From a candidate division WOR-1 bacterium RIFCSPHIGHO2_01_FULL_53_15 (GTDB lineage Bacteria; Margulisbacteria; WOR-1; O2-12-FULL-45-9; XYB2-FULL-48-7): DNA of 64,000 bases. Where the stretch lies: the NCBI GenBank assembly GCA_001772335.1, contig METM01000021.1, positions 57,130 through 121,129 of the forward strand, read 5' to 3'. This document shows positions 27,876 through 38,286 of the stretch, in pieces. The position numbers and the translations under genes are program-made. The notes beneath the pieces are model-generated. The model was not told the DNA's origin and did no database searches. It saw nothing but the letters and a program-made list of their open reading frames with translations. Every line of letters begins with the position of its first letter. Position 1 is the first letter of the stretch.

Positions 27876-30652
27876 TGGCTGTTCAGGCGATAAATAGATC
27901 AAGCTTCTTTACTCCGCGCGTGACGAACCGGTCCGCAGCTCTGCCCGTAGCCGAAAAGTTGATCAAAAGCGCTCGAGCCGTTCAACCGGGGGCCACCCTG
28001 CTTCTTTCTGAAGGATCACTGGCTGTCAATGCCGCCCGGCTCGAACCGGATCGCCTGCTTAACCTGATCGCGCCGGAAAACATGAACCTGGCGGCGGAAG
28101 TCGCGGCATTCGCTTCGCTTTTGGGAACGGAAGTGAGGGATGGAGAATATCAGCTTCAGGGCCTGATGGATGCGGTGAGCAAAAGCCCTTCATTCTCCCA
28201 GCCCACCCGCGGTCAGTTCAACGAATTGAACGATCTCCGGCAGAAGGGGGTCAATTTTACCGATCTGCCCGAGTCGATCGACGAGGCCATGACGGCTCTC
28301 GGGGATTTCTCGCGAGATCTGAACATTTCTATTGAATACCTCACCGGCAACCTGGAGAAAGTCCTGCGGTTGATGAAACTGCTGGGCGTAAGGAACAAAA
28401 CGACAAATTTAAACGCCATCTTCCATAATTTTCAAAACGGATTTTATGAGCTAAGTTTGGCGGAAACCAATGAGCTCGCCTCGTTGGAAATGATCGAAAG
28501 AGCCGGGAAATTGGTGTCCCGGGGCGTGAACTTAGAAATATATGCCACAGGAGCGTTTAACCGGCCGCTGACGTCGTTGAGCGCGGAGCAACTCGACGCC
28601 GCGATCTCGTCGCTGGCGCTTAATTACCAGACGACCGAGGCGGCAGTACGGAAGTTTGTCGGCGCGTTGATCGCCAGCGAGGAAAAACGCATGTCAGCCT
28701 CGCCCGCCCTTTCCTTAAGAGAGCTGCTCGCGGCTTTTAGATTTTCCGATCAGGATGAGAGCGCGGTCGCCATCCCGCCCATGGCCCAGATAGAAGACCC
28801 GACCAGATGGCAGGAAACCGAGCTTGGTCAAGCTCTCCGGGCCCTGCGCCCAAATCTTAACTGGCTGGCAATTTCGGCCGGGGTCAGGGCGGCCGGCGAC
28901 CTGGCTGATTTGAAGGAGAACCCGCGCATCAAGGCCAGACTGCTTAAAATAAAAGAGATGTTGGCCGGCCACTCGATAAATATTTCTTCCGGCCGCAGCG
29001 GCCGGGCGGAAAGCAAATCGATCGGTGAATTGAGCGAAGCGGAGCTTCTATTTGACCTCTACTGCCTGGCCGTGATCAATAAACGGACACTGGCTGAAAC
29101 GATCAAAGCGGCTTTTGAGGCGCTGCATTTTATTGTCAAGCTCGGCAACAGCGATCCGATCGTTTATCTTGACGAACTGATCGAGGGGCGGCTGAAGGGG
29201 GAATCGTTCGCGACCTTGCTTGGCACGCAGGGTTTGATACTGCGCGACTCGCCTATCGGCGCCGCGCTCGAAAAATTGCGATCAGTGGCCGATAAAGTCG
29301 AACTGACCGTTGCAGACAGCCGCGGCAATCCGGTTTCACTCAAAGATACCGGCATTGATGAGTTCCGGCGAGCGATCATCCTGATGGGGCGCGGCTTCCG
29401 GGAGCCGCATTCGCCGGAAAGAGTGCTATCAGCCATCGGCGACAGGGTTGTGCCGGAGATCACCAGACTGCCGCAGGCGGTGGTCGCTCCCGGCGCTCAC
29501 GATCTGGCTCGGTTGGTGGAATTGGCGATCGCGGGAATACCGGCGCGCTATCCTCTGCGCCGCCCGTGGGACAGAGTGAACCTTGACGGCATGGCTTTTA
29601 TGGGGAGCGGGCTGGAACCCGGCATCCGCAACTGCCTGGGCTGTCCGGTTAACGTCCTTTACGGCACTGTGATCAAAGCGGCGCTGGCCAGCGGGTTTTC
29701 TGACATAACGACTTATGAGGCGACGGGCTGTTTTGAGGTCTACGGCGGGATCTGGCCCTATACCGGAAAAAAAATCCCTACACTGCATGGGGTTTTTGGC
29801 GGCGTCGCGTCTGAAATGCTCGGGGGACTCGCGGCCAAGCGCGCGCGTCTCAAGTACGCATTGAAGACCGCCGGGGAGATCGCGCAAACCCTGAAAATAC
29901 TGCATCTGGGTTGGGGTGGTGATGGCGCCACGTTTGATATCGGTTTCGGAAATTTATCCGGTCTGTTCTCCCGCCTGCAGAAGCTCGTGGGTGATGAGCT
30001 AACGCGATATCTGGTCCAGAGAGCCCTGTATGTCTGTGTTGATAACGAGGGTTATCAGAATACCGGCAATCAATGGTCAGCGGCTACGCCGCCGGGGGGA
30101 AATACCACAACTTATCCCGAGGGAAAAGAACGGCCAATGGGCAGTGATATCCGCAAAAAGCCGATCGTTGAGATCATCGCCAATCACGGAGTTGGGTTTG
30201 CCGCCCGGACGGGGATCCACCGCCCCGAGCATATCAGCCGGATCGTGGCGCGCGCCCTGGAGGACGGAGAAAGGGGCGCCTTTCTCCATTTTCTTCAACC
30301 CTGCACGACCGGCTGGAAGTTCAAAGCCGATAATATTGCCTATGACCTGGCCTTCTTGGCGGAGGCGGGCGGGCTTTTCCCGCCGCTGACCATCGAGCAT
30401 GGCATTCCCTATCTGGAGGTTTATCCTACGCCGCGCAATCCGGGGGAAGCGTTTTTGGGGATGCAGGCGCGCTTTAAACATTTAATGGGCGCCGGCGCCG
30501 CTACCAGAGAGAATGTTAATACAGTAATGGAATATTATCGCTCGGAATGGATAAGGAACGTTCAACTTGCCGGTTATGACGGGGAAATTTCCGAGTCAGA
30601 TCGTTTTCGTTACCTTGGGGAAGAACACCGTCTGCCCAGGATCAACGTTTAG
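27875..30652 (+). CDS. OFOR beta (TPP-binding) subunit with ~570-aa N-terminal extension of unknown function
   Basis: 925 aa. From about nt 29600 it is PorB-like: NCLGCPVN, ATGCFEV, and the TPP motif GWGGDGATFDIGFGNL...YVCVDNEGYQNTGNQWSAATPPG. The N-terminal ~570 aa is helical-looking with no motif I recognise. Confidence 0.75.
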   Translation: MAVQAINRSSFFTPRVTNRSAALPVAEKLIKSARAVQPGATLLLSEGSLAVNAARLEPDRLLNLIAPENMNLAAEVAAFASLLGTEVRDGEYQLQGLMDAVSKSPSFSQPTRGQFNELNDLRQKGVNFTDLPESIDEAMTALGDFSRDLNISIEYLTGNLEKVLRLMKLLGVRNKTTNLNAIFHNFQNGFYELSLAETNELASLEMIERAGKLVSRGVNLEIYATGAFNRPLTSLSAEQLDAAISSLALNYQTTEAAVRKFVGALIASEEKRMSASPALSLRELLAAFRFSDQDESAVAIPPMAQIEDPTRWQETELGQALRALRPNLNWLAISAGVRAAGDLADLKENPRIKARLLKIKEMLAGHSINISSGRSGRAESKSIGELSEAELLFDLYCLAVINKRTLAETIKAAFEALHFIVKLGNSDPIVYLDELIEGRLKGESFATLLGTQGLILRDSPIGAALEKLRSVADKVELTVADSRGNPVSLKDTGIDEFRRAIILMGRGFREPHSPERVLSAIGDRVVPEITRLPQAVVAPGAHDLARLVELAIAGIPARYPLRRPWDRVNLDGMAFMGSGLEPGIRNCLGCPVNVLYGTVIKAALASGFSDITTYEATGCFEVYGGIWPYTGKKIPTLHGVFGGVASEMLGGLAAKRARLKYALKTAGEIAQTLKILHLGWGGDGATFDIGFGNLSGLFSRLQKLVGDELTRYLVQRALYVCVDNEGYQNTGNQWSAATPPGGNTTTYPEGKERPMGSDIRKKPIVEIIANHGVGFAARTGIHRPEHISRIVARALEDGERGAFLHFLQPCTTGWKFKADNIAYDLAFLAEAGGLFPPLTIEHGIPYLEVYPTPRNPGEAFLGMQARFKHLMGAGAATRENVNTVMEYYRSEWIRNVQLAGYDGEISESDRFRYLGEEHRLPRINV

Positions 30653-30681
30653 GATTAAACCCGGCCAGGCCGATGTATTTG
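30646..30681 (-). pseudogene. 36-bp relic of the enolase 3' end (duplicate of 32232-32267)
   Basis: On the minus strand it reads SKYIGLAGFNPK, against the real eno tail [13 protein letters not shown]. About 30 of 36 nt are identical. It overlaps the stop codon of the 27875 gene. Confidence 0.75.
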
Positions 30682-30732
30682 CTTGACCGCTTACCGCGTG
30701 GCCATATTCCTATGTGGCGCCATTTTCCCCCA

Positions 30733-30761
30733 TTGACATCGAAAAACACTCGTAGTATATT
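30733..30761 (+). promoter_or_regulatory. sigma-70-like promoter TTGACA-N17-TATATT for the AbiE-2 module
   Basis: ttgaca tcgaaaaacactcgtag tatatt. It is followed at 30770-30790 by the inverted repeat aaagcaaca taaa tgttgtttt, a possible AbiEi autoregulation site. Confidence 0.5.
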
Positions 30762-30810
30762 GTTTCTCTAAAGCAACATAAATGTTGTTTTGCGGAAATA
30801 GGAGTTAACA

Positions 30811-31435
30811 ATGCGCTACGAAGAATTCAGGCAAAAAGTCAAAGGCCTGCCGCTCATCACCAGCCAGTTCATGGCCCTCTTGGCCGGCGCCGATAGAAGC
30901 GTTTTGGTCCAGTTCCGCCGTTGGGTCAAAGCCGGTAAGATCATTAAACTAAGAAAAGGACTGTACCTGTTGAACCAGAGTGACCGGCGGATCAATCCCT
31001 CACGGCTGTTTATCGCCAATGAGATCTATTCGCCTTCTTACGTCAGCCTGGAATATGCCCTGTCATTTTACGGGCTGATCCCCGAAAAAGCCGTCGATGT
31101 GACCTGCGTTACTTCAAAAAAAACAGCCAACTACAAAAACAGCCTGGGGCAATTTATCTACCAGCATATTAAGGAGCGCTGTTTTACCGGTTTCGAAGAA
31201 TTTAAAGATGAGGCGGGGTTAGTATATTTCATGGCCACGCCGGAAAAAGCAGCGGTCGATTTTCTTTACCTCAATCAGGATCGATTTAAGTCAGATTATG
31301 ATAAGCTGTTGGCCGGTTCTTTTCGTTTCCAGGACAAGGGATCTCTAAATGCAAAGAAATTGATGAGTTACGCGAAATTATTCAATTCCCGAAAATTGGA
31401 ACGCATTGTGAAAGCGCTGTCACGAGATTATAAAA

Positions 31436-31443
<8 letters not shown>
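30811..31443 (+). CDS. AbiEi-family (type IV TA antitoxin-like) regulator
   Basis: 210 aa. The N-terminus VLVQFRRWVKAGKIIKLRKGLYLL and the later SYVSLEYALSFYGLIPE are typical AbiEi_4 patterns. An AGGAG SD is present. Confidence 0.7.
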
Positions 31444-33645
<2,202 letters not shown>

Positions 33646-33659
33646 TTAACTAACGACTA

Positions 33660-33713
33660 ACGACACGCTCGTCCCGCCTCCGGCGGAACTCGCTACAACT
33701 AACAACTAACGAC
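33660..33713. repeat. 54-bp direct repeat, left copy (partner 34120-34173)
   Basis: acgacacgctcgtcccgcctccggcggaactcgctacaactaacaactaacgac. It matches its partner at 47 of 54 positions with no gaps and contains a small GC hairpin. Confidence 0.85.
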
Positions 33714-34065
33714 TTTTTAGGGCTTGCCGAAAAGCGGACAACTGTTTAACGATGCTCTCGGCTTGCGATATTATTATAGCGCAATTTACTTGATCGATAA
33801 AGCTCCTTTCGAGGGCGATATCGAAGATCGCGACCGTTTCGTTCACCGAGCCGATGGACATCTGGATGAAGCGTTTAAAATCCGCATCCGACCCGCGATC
33901 CGACCCTTCGGCCAAATTCAAGGCGATTGAGGTAGCGGCTCGACGGAGTTGGTTGGTCAGCCCGAATTGCTCATCTTTGGGGAATTTAGAGGAAAGCGAA
34001 TAAATGTTCCCGATATATTTTTTTATATCTTTGTAAACCGGGAAATTTAGGAATCTAAATGACAA
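33706..34065 (-). CDS. four-helix-bundle protein (family of 23S rRNA intervening-sequence proteins)
   Basis: 119 aa with a TTG start. FPKDEQFGLTNQLRRAATSIALNLAEGSDRGSDADFKRFIQMSIGSVNE matches the family pattern as I recall it. Confidence 0.7.
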   Translation of the reverse strand: MSFRFLNFPVYKDIKKYIGNIYSLSSKFPKDEQFGLTNQLRRAATSIALNLAEGSDRGSDADFKRFIQMSIGSVNETVAIFDIALERSFIDQVNCAIIISQAESIVKQLSAFRQALKSR

Positions 34066-34119
34066 TTTAACACGCTCACTTTGTTCGCTACAGCTAACAA
34101 CTAATCGGGGCTACAACTT

Positions 34120-34193
34120 ACGACACACTCGTCCCGCCGGAGGCGGGACTCGCTACAACTGACAACTTACGACTGGCAAGTTGTTAGTCGTAG
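34120..34193. repeat. 54-bp direct repeat, right copy (34120-34173), running into a 16-bp-stem palindrome (34153-34193)
   Basis: acgacacactcgtcccgccggaggcgggactcgctacaactgacaacttacgac. The palindrome is ctacaactgacaactt / acgactggc / aagttgttagtcgtag. A degenerate inverted copy with the gtcccg..cgggac hairpin follows up to about 34245. Confidence 0.8.
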
Positions 34194-34260
34194 GTCGACG
34201 AAGTCGGCCGAGTCGTAGTCCCGCTCCGGGACGTGTTGTCAGTCATTTTACCAAATTGAG

Positions 34261-34288
34261 TGAAATTTTTCAAATGGCGGTTCGATAG
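34261..34288 (+). promoter_or_regulatory. promoter-like motif copy 2: TGAAAT-N16-CGATAG
   Basis: tgaaat ttttcaaatggcggtt cgatag, upstream of the TIM-like/PPDK genes. Confidence 0.45.
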
Positions 34289-34323
34289 AGAAATGGCGGC
34301 TCAAGAGATCGAACGAGATTCAG

Positions 34324-34354
34324 AAGCCCCGGAAAATTGTTCGGGGCTTTTTTT
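34324..34354 (+). terminator. intrinsic terminator-like hairpin in the leader of the TIM-like gene
   Basis: aagccccg / gaaaattgtt / cggggctt, followed by a run of T (7 T in total). There is no plus-strand gene upstream, so this is either an attenuator or the 3' end of a small RNA. Confidence 0.65.
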
Positions 34355-34420
34355 GTAAAAGTTTCTCGACTGAGTTCGAGACAATTTCTCGACAAGCTCG
34401 AAATAAAGGGGGAAAAGAAA

Positions 34421-35182
34421 ATGGCGATCGGCAGAACAAATATCATCGCGGCTAATTTAAAACTTACTTCTGGTTTGGGCAGGAAGGATGTGCGCGGCTA
34501 TCTTGGCCAATTGGGGACGCATCCGGCCCTTCAGTCTTCGAGTACGAGGGTTCGCGTTTATGCCTCTTTCGGAGTTTTACAAGGGCTGAAAAATGACGCG
34601 GCGGGGAGGGTCGCTCTGGGGGTTAAGAATTTTCATCTTGATAATACCCACCCATCGGTCGAAGATCTGCGGCAAATGAAGATCTGGCACGCACTGATCG
34701 GCCGGTCCGGTACGGAGCACGGAGTAACCGATGCGGCTGTGGCCCAAAAGCTGAAGGCCGCACTGGCCATGGACATCTTTGCCACGGTCTGCGTGGGCGC
34801 CAAAACTCATGATGATCTGGCCGAGCAGGTCCGCGAGGGGATAATCCCGGCTTTAAACACCCAAAGCCGCAAGCTTAGCGGGAAAGGGCCCGACCATCGA
34901 TTTGATATCGCTTATCTGCCGGGCCGGCAGCCGTTCCAAATGACCGACATAGAAGCCGCCTTCGCGGTTATCAAAGAAATTCTTTGGGAAGGGGGACACC
35001 AAAGTATAGTTGACCATGGGGATTTTCTATTTGGATTAGGCGGAAGCGTGAAGCCCGAAAATGCCCCGGAACTGCTTCGTCAGCCCTTCATCCACGGCCT
35101 TCTGGTTCGCACAGCTTCCCGAAGTGCGAATAATTTGATCGAAATGATCGATCTGGCGGAGAGGATCGGGAGTAGCGCGTAA
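34421..35182 (+). CDS. triosephosphate-isomerase-fold protein lacking the catalytic His and Glu (TIM-like, probable non-TIM function)
   Basis: ATG 34421 follows AAGGGGG. By-eye alignment to TpiA gives IIAANLKL~GNWKMN (Asn/Lys kept), ALIGRSGTEHG~IIGHSERR (His to Arg), TVCVGAK~LCIGE, IAYLPGRQPF~IAYEPVWAIG (Glu to Leu, loop 6 replaced) and GLGGSVKPENAPELLRQPFIHGLLVRTAS~YGGSVKPENAAEL..DIDGALVGGAS. Confidence 0.6.
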   Translation: MAIGRTNIIAANLKLTSGLGRKDVRGYLGQLGTHPALQSSSTRVRVYASFGVLQGLKNDAAGRVALGVKNFHLDNTHPSVEDLRQMKIWHALIGRSGTEHGVTDAAVAQKLKAALAMDIFATVCVGAKTHDDLAEQVREGIIPALNTQSRKLSGKGPDHRFDIAYLPGRQPFQMTDIEAAFAVIKEILWEGGHQSIVDHGDFLFGLGGSVKPENAPELLRQPFIHGLLVRTASRSANNLIEMIDLAERIGSSA

Positions 35183-35206
35183 GTATTTTTCAAGGAGGAA
35201 AGGAAA

Positions 35207-38200
35207 ATGGTTTACAGAGTAAAGGCCAGAACGGTGGAAGGAAGACGGGTGGCGGGCTTATTGAGTACAGACAAATTCACAACGGCTAGGTTGATGGAGG
35301 CGAGGGCGGCAGAGAGAATCGGGTTCGGCGCTGGGGCTTTAAGTGTGGCGGCTTCGCTCCAGGTGCAACGGCTGGAAACGGCGGCGAAAAGGTCTTTTGA
35401 TGTCCTGCCGGCCTATTTTTTCGGCGACGGCAGATCGGAATTCAGGCCGGATGGCGGTTTTAAGCCGGATAAAGATACTTTAGGCGGCAAAGGCGCAAAT
35501 CTGCACAGCATGACCGAAGCGGGCATCTCGGTACCCCCTGGTTTTACCATTCCGACGACCGAAACCAACAGATACTTTGTTCAGGATAACGGCCAATTAC
35601 CGGATGGCTTAATGGATGTTGTTATGCAAAAAGTGGAAATGGTCGAGGCGGCCACGGGCAATAAGTTCGGCGATGAAGACCGGCCGCAGCTCTTCTCTGT
35701 CCGTTCCGGAGCTAAATTCTCCATGCCGGGGATGATGGACACTATTTTAAATCTTGGCCTGAATAATAAGACTGTCCTGGGCCTGGCCAAAGCGGCAAAT
35801 AATGAACGCTTTGCCTGGGACAGCTACCGGAGATTCATCCAGATGTTCAGCAACGTTGTCCTCGGCGTCAAAAAAGATGTGTTAGAGGAAATATTGAGCG
35901 AGAAGAAGGTCAGCCGTGGCGTGAAGAACGACACTGAATTAACTGTTGATGACTTGAAAGAGCTGGTGGCCGAATATAAGGCGAAATTGAAAGAATTGGG
36001 AGCCGAGGTCCCCCAGGACGAGCGGCGTCAATTGGAACTGGCCATTGAAGCGGTCATGAAATCTTCCAATAATGAGCGGGCCATCGTTTACAAGAGGGAC
36101 TTTAACATTCCCAAGGAGATCGTTTCAGCGGTCAATGTCCAGGCCATGGTCTTCGGCAATATGGGAGAGGACAGCGCGACCGGCGTGGGCTTTACGCGCA
36201 ATCCGGAGACCGGCGCCAATGAATTTTATGGCGAGTTCCTGTCGAACGCGCAGGGCGAAGACGTGGTGGCCGGCGTCCGGACCCCGCTCAAGCTCAAACG
36301 TCTGGCCGAGGTGATGCCCGAGGCCTATGCCCAGCTCAGGGAGGTCACCACGCGGCTCGAAAAATTCTTTCGCAATGTTCAGGATTTTGAGTTCACCATT
36401 GAAAGAGGCAAGCTGTATATGCTGCAGACCCGGGATGGAAAACGGTCCGCCCAGGCGGCCGTAAACATCGCGGTCGATCTGGTTGAGGAGGGGGCGATCA
36501 CAATTGAAGAAGCCCTCATGATGATCGAGCCGGAGCAGATGTCGCACCTGCTTCACCCGGTGTTTGATCCGGAGGAAAAGAAAGTGGCGATCAAGGCGGG
36601 GAGATTGCTGGGCCAGGGGATCAATGCTTCTCCGGGGGCGGCGGTCGGCCGCATAGAATTTACCGCGGAGGCGGTCGTTTTGGCAACCGCCAATGACACA
36701 AAAGACAAAAAAACAAAAGTTATTCTGGTGAGAAAAGAGACGAACCCGGACGATATCTCCGGGATGAAAGCCGCGCAGGGCATTTTGACGGCGACGGGCG
36801 GGGCAACCTCGCACGCCGCCCTGGTTGGCCGGCAGATGGGAAAGCCGGCGGTGGTTGGTTTTAGCGCCGCGGAAGTCGATGAGAAGGCAAGAACGATACG
36901 GATCGGGGATCGGGTCTTCAAAGAAGGGGATATTTTATCAATTGACGGCACGACGGGCGAAGTGTTCGCGGGGGAGATCATGACGCTCCCTTCCGAGATC
37001 AAGCGGGTCGTCGAAGGCCAGCTGAAGGCCGAGGACTCGCCGGTTTATCAACGCTACATGAAAGTCCTGGGCTGGGCGAAAGAGGCGGCTGAGCTGGAAG
37101 TTTGGGCGAACGCGGATACCGCCAAAGATGTCAAAATTGCCGATGCTTTTGAAGCGCAGGGGGTCGGGTTGGCCAGGACAGAGCACATGTTTTTCGGCGA
37201 CGACCGCATTCCTTACATGGTGGCGATGATCCTGTCGGAAACCCCGGCGGAGAAACAGCCGTTCCTTGACAAAATATTGGCAATGCAGAGGTCTGATTTT
37301 ATCTCTCTGTTTGAGGTGATGAAGGGGCGGCCGGTGACCATCCGAACGATCGACCCGCCTCTGCATGAGTTCCTGCCCAAAACCGACGCTGATATCGACA
37401 AACTGCTCTCTTCTATCCATTCGGTTGCCCTGGTGGAACAACTCGAGCGCAAGCTGGGGATTTCAAAAGAGGGGGTTACACGAGATGAATTGGGTGAAGA
37501 GCTCTGGCTGGCGCTCAGGGAAAAAGTGAAGCGGCGTTCCGCCGAATTGCATGAGGCCAACCCCATGATGGGGCATCGCGGCACCCGCCTCGGCATCACC
37601 AATCCGGAAATTACCGCCATGCAGGCGCGCGCGATCTTTGAAGCGGCGTTCGCGGTTGCCCGCAAAGGGATCCCCGTTAAACCAAAGATCATGATCCCGC
37701 TGGTCGGTTTTGCGGCCGAATTGAAAGACCAGGCCACGATAGTGAGGGAAGTCCATGCTGAATTGGAAAAAGAGCACGGCCCGATCGCTTTCCAGCTTGG
37801 CACGATGATCGAGGTGCCCCGGGGCGGTTTAACCGCGGACGAGATCGCCCTCCTGGCGGAATTCTTCTCTTTCGGGACCAATGACCTGCATCAATATACG
37901 CTGGGCTTCAGTCGTGACGACGCCGGCAAGTTTATCGCTCCCTACATTGACAAGGGGATCATTCCCGCGGACCCGACCCAGAAGATCGATCAGCCCGGCA
38001 CCGGCAAGCTGATGTGGCTGGCGGTCCAGCTGGGGAGAGAAACCCGGCCGGATCTGGAGATCGGAATTTGCGGCGAACATGGCGGGGAGCCGACTTCAGT
38101 GGAATTCTGCCACGCGCTTGGCCTGAACTATGTCAGCGCATCTCCTTACCGCATCCCGGTGGCGCGAATGGCCGCGGCGCAAGCCTGGATAAAAGAGAGG

Positions 38201-38257
38201 AGAATAGAAGACGAATTGAGAAAGTCGGCGAAGGTTCTGCAGGAAGCAAGCAAATAG
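35207..38257 (+). CDS. ppdK: pyruvate, phosphate dikinase (with ~65-aa N-terminal extension)
   Basis: 1016 aa with all three domains. ATP-grasp: LGGKGANLHSMTEAGISVPPGFTI and FSVRSGAKFSMPGMMDTILNLGLN. Swivel: GGATSHAALVGRQMGKPAVVG, with the His codon at 36812. PEP/pyruvate barrel: GLARTEHMFF, FSFGTNDL and GICGEHGGEP. Confidence 0.9.
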   Translation: MVYRVKARTVEGRRVAGLLSTDKFTTARLMEARAAERIGFGAGALSVAASLQVQRLETAAKRSFDVLPAYFFGDGRSEFRPDGGFKPDKDTLGGKGANLHSMTEAGISVPPGFTIPTTETNRYFVQDNGQLPDGLMDVVMQKVEMVEAATGNKFGDEDRPQLFSVRSGAKFSMPGMMDTILNLGLNNKTVLGLAKAANNERFAWDSYRRFIQMFSNVVLGVKKDVLEEILSEKKVSRGVKNDTELTVDDLKELVAEYKAKLKELGAEVPQDERRQLELAIEAVMKSSNNERAIVYKRDFNIPKEIVSAVNVQAMVFGNMGEDSATGVGFTRNPETGANEFYGEFLSNAQGEDVVAGVRTPLKLKRLAEVMPEAYAQLREVTTRLEKFFRNVQDFEFTIERGKLYMLQTRDGKRSAQAAVNIAVDLVEEGAITIEEALMMIEPEQMSHLLHPVFDPEEKKVAIKAGRLLGQGINASPGAAVGRIEFTAEAVVLATANDTKDKKTKVILVRKETNPDDISGMKAAQGILTATGGATSHAALVGRQMGKPAVVGFSAAEVDEKARTIRIGDRVFKEGDILSIDGTTGEVFAGEIMTLPSEIKRVVEGQLKAEDSPVYQRYMKVLGWAKEAAELEVWANADTAKDVKIADAFEAQGVGLARTEHMFFGDDRIPYMVAMILSETPAEKQPFLDKILAMQRSDFISLFEVMKGRPVTIRTIDPPLHEFLPKTDADIDKLLSSIHSVALVEQLERKLGISKEGVTRDELGEELWLALREKVKRRSAELHEANPMMGHRGTRLGITNPEITAMQARAIFEAAFAVARKGIPVKPKIMIPLVGFAAELKDQATIVREVHAELEKEHGPIAFQLGTMIEVPRGGLTADEIALLAEFFSFGTNDLHQYTLGFSRDDAGKFIAPYIDKGIIPADPTQKIDQPGTGKLMWLAVQLGRETRPDLEIGICGEHGGEPTSVEFCHALGLNYVSASPYRIPVARMAAAQAWIKERRIEDELRKSAKVLQEASK

Positions 38258-38286
38258 GCCAGGGCGGTCAGGTCTCTGTGAAGAAA

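Noticed and set aside
33706-34065. Possibility that a 23S rRNA gene is present because the encoded protein family is known from rRNA intervening sequences.
   Set aside because: The flanking DNA shows no rRNA-like conserved sequence. The neighbours are a tRNA and protein-coding genes.
34260-34278. Rex-type (redox repressor) operator, because GTGAAATTTTTCA resembles half of TTGTGAA-N-TTCACAA.
   Set aside because: The right half-site is poorly matched (TTTCAAAT). The spacing between the TGAAA and TTTCA halves differs between copies 1 and 2. The other four motif copies lack the dyad entirely. A promoter-type reading fits all six copies better.
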